Positions 41,901-53,200 of a DNA stretch of 64,000 bases are shown here, piece by piece; position 1 is the stretch's first letter; every line of letters starts with the position of its first letter. The notes below the pieces were generated by a model that made no database searches, had not been told where the DNA came from, and was given only the letters and a program-made list of their open reading frames with translations. The position numbers and the translations under genes were made by a program. Source of the stretch: Phoronis australis (Eukaryota; Animalia; Phoronida); contig NMRA01000224.1 of assembly GCA_002633005.1 (NCBI GenBank), positions 592,981-656,980 of the forward strand, read 5' to 3'.

Positions 41901-44900
41901 GTAAGAATGCGTCTAGGCCCCGAGCGCACTGACGGGTAGCTGGGAGATGCCTGAAGTAACTATAGCTGGGTCGAAGGTCAAGGTTCCTTTTATGATACAT
42001 TTTCCGAGGTCCGAGTTGTGTGCTATGAGTGCCTTTTGTGGCCGTTTCAGAATCCCTTGATGATACACAGGCGGTAGTCCGGTTTCTGGTTGCTGGGGAA
42101 AATGATACAGATTGTGTCCCAAAAATGTACCCACATCAACGTCTGGGGTTCAATAACTAAGATTCTAAGCAGGCCTACTGCATGGTTACACTTTATTTTT
42201 AAGGTGGGTGTGCATGTCATGACGTGCTCCGTGCATTCGTGTGCGCACCTGGGAGGGGCTCAGGGGCTCGATGGCAAAGTGGGTAAAAAGGTCCGCCTCA
42301 GAGAAACAAAAAATGCGAGAAAATCGAGACAAAAGTCCACTGAAAAGGCAGGGATACGGTGTATGCGTAATTCATAGCCTTGAACGAAACCCGTATTCGG
42401 TTTTTTTCTTTAGTAAAAGATCCACATACTCAAAAATTCGAGACCCCCCCCTATATTTTAGGTTGAATGCGCGCGTGCCGTGTGTGTAGTATGCACGGGA
42501 AATGCAAGCAAACTATTCAGTTTTGAAGAACAAAAATACATTGCGTAAACTACAAGAAACCAAAAACATCAACGAAGTTCAAAGACAACCTTTCCAAGTT
42601 GATGACCAATAAGCTTGATTTTATTTATTTAAGTACCTAAACTTCGTTTTTGATCTACGGTTTGTAAAATTAAAACCAGTAATCTAGTTCCTAAGCTAAT
42701 AAACAATCCACTGCCATTTGAATTGTGAGAACATTTTAGGACACGAAGTTGAGCTGTCCGAAATTCATCAATTTCCTTGAGATTTATTTCAGATAGACAG
42801 AAATCGCTTAGTGTACTTTTATATTATGTCGGCCTGCAATTAAATTCATTGAAGTATTGTCATTTCTTACAAAATTAGCTTCTAATTGTCAAAAAATCAT
42901 CTCTCAATCAGTCCACTTTCGTAGATACATAAGCATGTAAATCAGAAAACAACAATCAAATCTATCAGCAATGCGTTAACCTTGATTTAATGACTTAATT
43001 GCTTTTTAATCCCCTTTTAGTGACTGTAACCAACAAATCTTGTACCGAAGTCAAAAAGCAATGCGTTTATTGCCATTTGAATTTTGAGTAATTTTTTTGG
43101 GAAGTGCCCAAATTTCATCAATGTTTTTGAGAGTTATTTTAGATAGGCAAAAAGCGTCCAAGTGCACTTTAGTATTTGGGAATCGCTTTATAGTTTTTTC
43201 CATATTCAGGCTTCAGCTATATTCCCTGAATCGTCATTATTTTTAAAAGATTTGCTTCTGATTGCCAAAAATCACCTATTAAACTGTCTGTTTTCGTAGA
43301 TACATAAACATGTAAGTCTTAAATCAATGAATTTATTAATCAAAACGGAATGTTGAAAGCAATTTCCGCATGCATGCTCGCAGACTTTTGACGGGTAACT
43401 GGGGGAATATGGGGATTGGGCATTCATAGTGAGGCGTATTTTTGGTCTTTCCGAGGTATCTATAATGGGTCACGAATTTAACTTGATCTCAAAAAAAGTT
43501 GAAATATCTGTTCAATTTGTTTATTATTGCAAGTATTTGGGTACACTCCTTCGACATGTACACGGTCATCGCAATGGTAGGCTCGACAACAATGTTTTCC
43601 ACATGTGGGAATACCTTACAAACAAATCATAGTAACCATCTTCAAAAACGATACTATTCTTGTGATAATATGGGAAACAGTAACATTATTTTATAACTAA
43701 CCATCGGAAATAGTCCTTCTGTGTAATTAAAAAACAGCGGTTTTCACGTTCTTTAAAATTCCTGACTTTTCGATGGTGGTCAATCCTGTTGTATTTTTTC
43801 ACTTTTTAGTTGTTTGGGTCGAATGTCTTGATGCTACTGTGCTATGCAGGAATGTTTTGTGTTTTTTGATGAATTTCGAATCACAATTTCCCTCGTGAAT
43901 ACTTTGCAGTGTCGGATTTACATGCAAAGAGGGACAAAGGGACATTTCTCTGAACTGCTCTACCGAGAGAGGGTCTTGTCTGAAATGGGACTAGTTAATA
44001 ATGAAAGCTAAACATCATTAAGCTTGGAAAAGGGGGACAGTTCATTCCACGGTCGTGTGGTCAGACGGCGGTGCAGGAAGTGACCTTCTTCAACATGAAA
44101 GTTGGTTGCACAATTTCACAAAAACAGGAAAATAGACGTAATCGAGTCCAACATTGGGTCCGCTCTCCGTGAGCTTACCCTTAAGAATTTATCAATAGAA
44201 ATATAAAAACTGTGGTCACTTGGACGTCATCAATGGCCTCCTTGACACGTGAAAATATGAATATTTTCAAAAATCAAGAAATGTGCAGCAATTGATGATA
44301 TCTGTCAGGTCATCAATTTTTCTCAAGTGATAAACAATTTGAGAAAAAAGCGACAGGTGTCTCCGTTATCTCTTGCCAGAGAGGGGTCTCTGGAAAAATA
44401 TGGTTTTGCAATTGCAAAATTGATTTACTGAATTTCAAAATCCTGTAAATTAATGCGCTCCGCAAAAGCTTCGCTTCACAAATTTTGTCGATTTTTCGAA
44501 ACATATGCATGAATCATTATGTACACGTTTTCAAGTGCATTTAGACGACCTGTGATGCGAAAGGGGAGACCCCAACAACAATATCCTGGCCAGGGTCCTC
44601 AAAAGGTAAACCATGCACTGATACAGATATGTAAAATGTTTTGTTGCGTTTTTTCTCTTATCCGCATTTAGCAGTCTTTCTTTTCTCGACTGTCCCCGCC
44701 CACGCGTCGTTTGCCACGGTTTAACCCTGACACCTGAAAATTTTGGGGGGCCCGTGCCTCCCTCCCCCCCGGCCCCTCCGCTTCCTACGGCTCTGCTGAC
44801 AGAATGCCTGGGGAATGATTTAAAAAGCCTCTATGATGGAAACAATTCTCCTGTTCAAAGTGATTAATCTATATGCATTCTGAGTACTGTTGAATTGTAT

Positions 44901-47200
44901 TTTTTATCACAACAGCATTAAAAAATGAGGTCACTTCGGAAACCTAATCGGTCACTTCAAAGTGGAATTCGCTCCTACTATTCTTAGTTACAGTTGGCAT
45001 AACTCAGTAATAACAAATTTTAAACACGCCCTAGGTTATAGCCTGAATCAATAGATAGTGCGAAATGTGAAAATAAAGAATCCATGAAAACATTGCCTCC
45101 ATCATCAGGGCTTGAGGCTAATACTATAGCCTCATCTCGCCAAGTGTGACCTGGAGAAATCCTCAGGTGGCCAAACTGTTGAGTTCGCCAAAACAGGGAA
45201 ACTCCGTATGTGGGATTGTAGAAGTCCTGGAACCCACACCAAGAAACTGACTTTGACTCAAGTCTACGATTTGTCTCAACTTTCAAACTTCGAAACTTCC
45301 ACATGCGGCAAGTTAGCCAAAATTGAGATAAAAATTACAATCAAACTTAAGATCTCTTTCTCAAAACGGACTTGAGGTAAATAATTTTTATCTTAAAATT
45401 GGCTGAAATTTAAGAATTGTCTTAGCTAAGTCAGTTTTCTTGGAACGAGACCCTGGCAACCAATTTCCCTCCCGAGCCAAATACTCCACGCGGGTTCACC
45501 TCTTACAAGCAGACGATCACGACACGTTATCTGTGCACGAGTAATTATGAATGGGTCTTTCAGATTTTTGCCGAACGATTGCGGCACCTGCTTACTTTTT
45601 GTAGTATTTGAACGCGTATTCGGTGTTTGCGTGGCGACTTCATGGCGACTTGCGAGTTTAGATGGGGTCGCCAGACAAAGTACGAGGTACATTGTAGGTC
45701 GTCTCCATGGGAGCTTTTTACTCACATCATTCAGTGTTATTTCACAACAGCAGGCCACCACTCCAGTGAAGGGTTAGTGATTCACTACGCCATTAAAACT
45801 ATTAAGCAACTTGCTCGTCATTTCTATTAATGTCATCGCATCAAATTGTATTTAAGTGGGTCACAGCCGGCAGATTACGGGCACTTTAAGGTTACGAAGA
45901 AGCAGAGATAAAGTTTTATCTCCTATGTAGTGCAATGTTTAGGTTGTTTATCTCACGGGGAACATAACCATTAAGTTAACGATTTAATTTTAGGAAGTTG
46001 CATTGCCCGAGGAACTGCGTCCACATCAATCTCTTCGTTTCTTTTATCCTACGCGCATGCGCGTCTTTGGTGCGCGAACACCTTATAATTGGTGGAATGG
46101 GGTTCCGGAATGACGTTTACCAAGAGGAAGATAGCACCTGGCTACTTATTCCGGGGAGAACGGCAAGTGATTTGTTTACGATATAGTTTCACGTGTCATG
46201 TTTCACTTTCTGTGCGCACGCAGAAGCTAGCCTGTTCGATATAATCCCTCATCCCACTAACCCAAATAATCTCACAAAGGCATATACAGTACCGTACACT
46301 ATCGAAAAAAAATTACGTAATGCACTAAATTTGTTTTTCAGTCAGTACGTGGCGTTCGATTGACAGTAGACAATACCTGAAGTCTATACTTCTCCCCTGT
46401 TCTTTGATCTTATGCATTTACCGTTACTGTATCTTAGACCAACATACTAACCTTTGGCTTAGCCGACATCGATTTCGGTCTTGGTTTTGGTCTGAAGAAA
46501 TTCCATAAGCTCCGATTTTAGTCTAAGTTTAAGTCAAAAAGTATCCCTGAAGGGGATTCCAACAATTATAATTGAGTATGACGCACTGCCACTGTCTACT
46601 TCAGTGTAAAAATTTCAGTTTGTTTATTTTGTGCCATTCTGTAATGGTTAATCTATTGCTTTTATTTCCTAACGCTTTCACCTGATTAGATTGTGCAAAG
46701 CATCGATCTCGTGTCTGCCCCACCCATGTCCTAAACTGTATACAGTAGTTTATTATTCATACTGGACTTGTGTTGCAGAACTGGGAATGCAAACTGTTCT
46801 TCACAATATTCCATTACTGCCTTGGTGCCAACTATATGTGGATTCTCATGGAAGGTCTCTACTTACATATGCTAATATTCGTGTCGGTGTTTTCGGAGAA
46901 AAGCAGTGTGAGAGTGTATATGATAGCTGGGTGGCGTAAGTATTCAAGGTCAAATTTAAGTTTGAATTTCCTATAAACAAAGCGAGGTGTTGGGTGTAGA
47001 AGATTGCAGTCCATGACTTGCCATTTCGGGCACAGTCGGTGCACACAGGATCAGGCTTCCAAACGAAAGACACTTTTGACGAGAAATCTTGGAATGGAAA
47101 CTGCATATTTTTCTACTGCTGCCATGCTTATTCTTTCGAACTCTCGCTACATTTGTCGATCCCCCAGAGAATAACCACTCGACAGATCACTATACAAGAG

Positions 47201-47243
<43 letters not shown>

Positions 47244-50200
47244 CGTATCAACTTATAGTCACACTTCACGACCGGCCATGTCTTACCTCCAGAAAGAAAG
47301 GAAACGAAATTACGGTTTATATACCACAAGGTAGGCCTACCTGGGCGCAAAAAGCCAAAAGCAAGGCACGCGATACAGACGAATGGGAGGGTCCAATGGT
47401 ACAGAGCCAGCGCGCACGTCTGCGAACCGTCCGTTCAATACGTCACAAGCAGAGGCTCCAAAACTCTTAGTCCATGGGTGTCACACCCATACAGTGTAGA
47501 TATAGAGATAGGGATTGGCTATCACGTAACTTTGTATGCTATAGTAGGGCTGCCATTTTGTTGTGTGGTACGGAGCGTTATGGAAGGTGGTATGAGCCGG
47601 TATGCTATGATGCAGTTGGGTCGATTTTTATGAAAGAGGTGCCAAAATACTTGCATTTTCGTACTTTTTCCATCCGTAACACTTTAGGGATACTATGAAA
47701 TTAAAATAGAAGTCCTCTTAAGCCTTGAATTTAATATCCTGCTAATAATGCTGAGCGTATTTTTGTTTCATTTGTTCCTATAATTCGTTTTGTTAGTACA
47801 CTGTATTTAAAATAACAGTATCTTCGACGGAAAAAACGACTTCCATCTCATGATTCAATTCAACCTCAAAAATCAATCACTTCAGTGGCCGCCATTGTTC
47901 AACAATGCAACGTCATTGTCTCCTTTTATCCAACTGGGCCCTGAGGAAGTTTACCTATACTTAATTGTCAGCGGTTCTGAAAGACTGTCCTCGATATTTA
48001 TTTGCAGTGATGCCGTTTATATGGGTCATCCCTTGGGCAATAGTGCGTTTATATCTTCTGGATGTGTACTGCTGGAATACCTTAGAAAACAAGCATTACA
48101 ACTGGATCATGAGAGCTCCTATCACACTAACAATAGTTGTAAGTACCAGGTCCAGTTTCCATGGGCTCTTAATGCGAAGCCGAGTTTCTACTTTTTATTT
48201 GGAATACGAATTGTAAAATATCAAATTTATACAAGTTCCGGAACACCCCACAGAATTCACACCTGGATAATTTATTAATAACGGGTTTGCACAAAAGGAA
48301 ATCGTGACGTTTTGATGATATAGATTTCTCTTGAAAATGTTGTTTTTGTACAAAAACAAAACTTTGTGAACGTAAAATTTAATACTAAGTTATTTACAAA
48401 GTACATTTCAATGATCAACTGACATGTTCCATTGCTATGGTAACTTTGTTTGCTTGTTTTACAGATCAACTTCTTTTGCTTCGTGAATATCATCAGAGTA
48501 CTGTTTACTAAGCTAAAGACCCAAAACACTCCGGAAGCTAGGAAATTCAGGTACAGGTAAATACACATTTCTGTTACCGGGACAACTAATTATGAGGCAC
48601 TGGGACTTGACAACGCTATAAAACTTGATGATTCAACATAATATCAAATTCCACGAGGCTGGCGTTTCTGTCTTTCCGAAGTATGAAGCGCCAAAGGGTT
48701 CTTAAACAAGTACCTTTCTGCACGTTCAAATGTGCTTAATCAACACGTAGTTTTGCTAAATAATAACAATAGGTAGAGATTCTAAATAAAATATGCAAGA
48801 TCTTTGTACTTAGTTATGTGTCGCTCCAACTCAAAATTTTGGTTTATAAATCAAGTAATCAACTTTACAATAATCTATGATATAAATCCATAAGTTATCA
48901 AAAGTAGGTACAGCTTCCATAAATTTATCCCTACATATAAACATTTTCGTTAAGCATAATATGATATCATGTACAAACAAACTTCTGTTGCAAAAGCCTA
49001 ACAACACCTCTTTTGCGGAAATATTTGTATTGTTGTGAAAAATCTGCTTGAGCCAAAATAGTAATTTATTCTACAGAATTTTAACATATCTACACTCCCA
49101 GAACAAATGTACAATTGATTCTGGGACTTCGCTGCAAAAAGAACATTGATTTGAGTTTACAATACCAATTTTTTGAGAAATCATTTTGTTGCAAGAATGT
49201 TATGTACAATTCTATAATTAAACCTTTGTATCAGTATACTTGCCAATGACACTATTTATGGAATTCCAATCCATACCTTCATTGGTCGTGCTTAGGCTTA
49301 AATTCCATTTTACTTCTGAAGAAGCCTTACAGTGCTGATTTTTAACAAATAAATCACAAAAGTCATTAATTCCTTTTGGTGATCTAGTTACAACTTCATA
49401 CACTTTGGACCATAATGGTAACATCATAACATTTTGTTTGTAATCAAAACTGTATTCTATCTTTTGAATAACTTGGCAAATGTCGAAAAATTCAGTAAAA
49501 GAGGGACAACAGTCAGCCTTTTTACAGAATTCAGTATAATTAATAAGTCGCGTAATTTTGCTTCATCAACGCGCCATTTCGTTTAATCAACGCACTGAAT
49601 TAGTTCTTAAACGATCATTTTTTACTCTTATTCAACGCGCACTTATGCTTAATCAAAGCGTAGATTAACGTAGTCAACGCCCTAAATTACTTATTACTTG
49701 TGTCCAATCAAAGACAAGTTTGCATTCAGTACGTAAAGGTGCCATCATTTACGTGGTCACTTGAGAAGAATCTGCAGCATTTTTGAACGTTGCCTTGCAC
49801 CCATGTGGGAAGTCTTCCGGTCTTTTGAGATTTAAGAGCACGGCCAGAGTGATTGGGTTATGTGAACTGATTAAAAGTACGCGTTGATTAAGCAATAGTG
49901 CGCGTTTATTAAGTAAAACTACGTGTTGATTAAGCAAAAGAACGTGTTGAATAAGAGCAGATCGATGATCGTTAAAAAAAATAATTCAGCACGTTGATTA
50001 AGCAACACTACGGGTTGATTCATCAAAACTGTGTGTTGGTTAAGCACATTTCAATGCGCAGTACTGTAATCGTTTAAGAACCCTTTGGCTTTTCATTCCA
50101 AACCAACGACATCGGTTTCCTACACGTTGAATTCAAATTGATTATCGCAAATGACTTGGAATTCTCCTGAAGGCCATTTCTGATTTGGCGCCTGAAATTA

Positions 50201-53200
50201 ACCCGTCCAGACAAGCATAGTAATGGGTCTGGTCTAAGGAGATGACGGAGATGACGTCATCTTGTACTCAAGTCTAGATATCCTTTCTGAGAAAATGTGA
50301 CGAGGCCAATTTTATAACAGTAAGAAGTTAAAAATTAGCGGGTTTTTTTTTGATAGAGGGCGTGGATTTGTAGCCTGTTTGCCGGGGTGACAGAGTTTGG
50401 ACTTGTCATGATGCATTGCTTATGCGCATGTGCAGCTTGTGTTGGGTAGTGCCAGCTGCACATCAGAAAAAGTGCATTTCGATGTGAATGACCGACTTCC
50501 AGCTTCTTTGAAGACATGTTGCGTTTTGTTGCAAATTTGCTGACTTGTGGCTGTTGTCTGAATTTAAGTTCATGCGGATGCTGGTTTTGTAGTTGCGCAA
50601 ACATGTGTAACGGTGATCATCAATTATCATAGAATAGGAGCCATGATCCTCGCGACTGCCTTCACGAGTGAAATATTTTCTAAATCCTCTGCATCAACAG
50701 GTGCCTGTCATTCGTGACCTTGGTCTCGTTTTCAAAGCTTTATCACATCATGCACTGATCTGTATGAAAGTTCACTTCAGGCGAAACTTAAGTAATAGGT
50801 TGTGATCATTTTAGAGGTGCATGCAATAAAGTGATGAGAATATACACTCCTCGTTTGTCTCCATACAAAAATTTAGCATTTAAACACTATAGTCCGATGC
50901 GTCGTGGAGCAATTTTTAGTGGATTCTGTCGTTTTATAGTTCTGGTCAAAGATTATAACGTCATGAATTGTGTCCCATGCACCGAGAATAATCTCAACTG
51001 AAATGAGCAGAACCGGTAATGTTAATTTATAGCAGTTGCCTGAGGCAAGCAATTTGGACGACGTTTGCACAGCTTGTATGTGCGAAATCAAGTGGTAATC
51101 AAAACTCACATTATATTTCAGGTTATTTTTGTTGTTGGATAAGTAATATTGACCGTGTTGTATGGCGTGGTAATTTACATGTTTCCCCTTGTAAATGGCT
51201 GGCCGACCACAAAACTTTAGGAAAGGTAGTCGGTATTTTTCAGACCATAGAAATCTAGTCCTGAAATGCCATCTCCGATCTCAACCCGCTGAGCTAGCGT
51301 CGCGTATGCGTGAGAGTTGTTACGCATTCGTTTGTTTCGGTGTGTGTACATGCTATGGAATTTACTGACATTAAAAGTTTTCGCCACTCCGCCGTTTTTC
51401 AATCGAATTGCATAAGCCGCCATATCGGCATTAGAAAACCCTTTGTCAGTTCTTGATGATAGCAACAGAAGCAAAAGATAAATAATTTAATTTATAAGTA
51501 ATTGTCATTTCGCAGACCTGGGGCCTGTTCCAAGAAACTGACTTAAGTTCATTTTTTACTTAAGTTTAAGATTTGTCTTAACTTCCAAACTTTGAAATTT
51601 CCATATTCGGTAGGTTAGTCAAAATTAAGGCAAAATTTATGTCAAACACTTAAGTCAAAATTAAGATCTCATTCTTGAAATGGTTTTGAGACAAATTTAA
51701 CTTTTATTTTAAAATTTACTAAACTTCAAGATTTGTCTTAGCTAAGTCAGTTTTGTTGGAACGGGCCCCTGGCTGATTTAAAAATATTTTTAATTCTAAA
51801 AACAAAGAATATTACCAAAATGCAAAAAATAACAGCGTGTAATAGTAACATAAAAAGGAAATGAACCAAAGAGGTAATGTAAATGACTATTTAAGCCATT
51901 GGGGAAATAATTCAATGATTTAAAAAATTTATACCTATAAAGAGAAAGGTTTTAGAATATGTGCCCCTCACACTTCACTCAAAAGTATACATATTTTATC
52001 CCATATTCCACAAACTGAAAATTCTTATCAATTCATTATGAAATGAAACTTTTCTGGTTATTCAACACTTTCACATTCTTGTTGCTCAACCGGCTTGGGT
52101 ACCGTACTTGACATACATATGACGTCATATAACAACAAGCCGGAGCACCATGTTGCCGCGATCATCCATATAAGTCCATATATATGAGATATAAATAGGT
52201 TGTACTACATACATACATACATAAGGGAATACTACTGCGATATCATATCTTGAATTCACTTCAACTTCGGTCTTGGGACATTCCCAGATGTAATGAATTC
52301 TCGATAGGATATGGCGCAAATGTTCCTATGTATGTGGGATAACCTATATACATGTACATGCATGTATTATAATTTATTGGACCTTTGATGCCGTTTGATA
52401 CAATTACGTCCATCAGTAAAAATTCAGAATGCAGTGACATTTATGAAATATGCGATACACTACTACTGGTATCTACTTCAGTATCCGAATGCAATACATT
52501 ACTAATGGTATCTAGTCTAGTATCCGAATGCGATACACTACTACTGGTATCTAGTCTAGTATTCGAATGCGATGCACTACTAATGGTATCTAGTCTAGTA
52601 TTCGAATGCGATACACTACTACTGGTATCTAGTCTAGTATTCGAATGCAATACACTACTACTGGTATCTAGTCTAGTATTCGAATGCGATACACTACTAA
52701 TGGTATCTGGTCTAGTATTCGAATGCGATACACTACTACTGGTATCTAGTCTAGTATTCGAATGCGATACACTACTACTGGTATCTAGTCTAGTCATTCG
52801 AATGCAGATACAGGTTTTCTGACAGATAAAGATGGGCAGACATCTATCGCCTAACTTTGAAATGTACTGTGGATAGCTGATCACATTAGTGTGTAGGGCT
52901 TTCCATAAAAGTTTAGAAATAAATTCTTTTCTTCAGAAAGTAAAAGTTAGTGATCCTGATACATGCAGTGTATGTTACCGTAAAAATAAACATTCGAACA
53001 CATTTTTACGATTGTTATGTTACAAACGACAGTGAACTCAGAAAAAAACAATATTCATTAAAGAGGTAATGTCACTTTAAACACCTGTTGCATAGTTGTC
53101 AAGGTCAACATTCAAGAACTAAAACACGCCGGGAACGGCTGGATTGAAAAGCGGAACTCTAGGATAGAAAGCGGGACGTCTGGGTCTAAGCCGAAACGTA

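Noticed and set aside
46167-46172. Canonical GT donor for exon 6 (A|gtgatt)
   Set aside because: Phase 1, incompatible with the phase-0 start of exon 7.
47018-47470. Poly-Thr, poly-Asn and poly-Cys ORFs
   Set aside because: Produced by the (ACA)n microsatellite in intron 7.
52385-52884. Repetitive ORFs on both strands; array superficially CRISPR-like
   Set aside because: Head-to-tail 39-bp minisatellite with no unique spacers and no cas genes; the open frames follow from the unit length being a multiple of 3.
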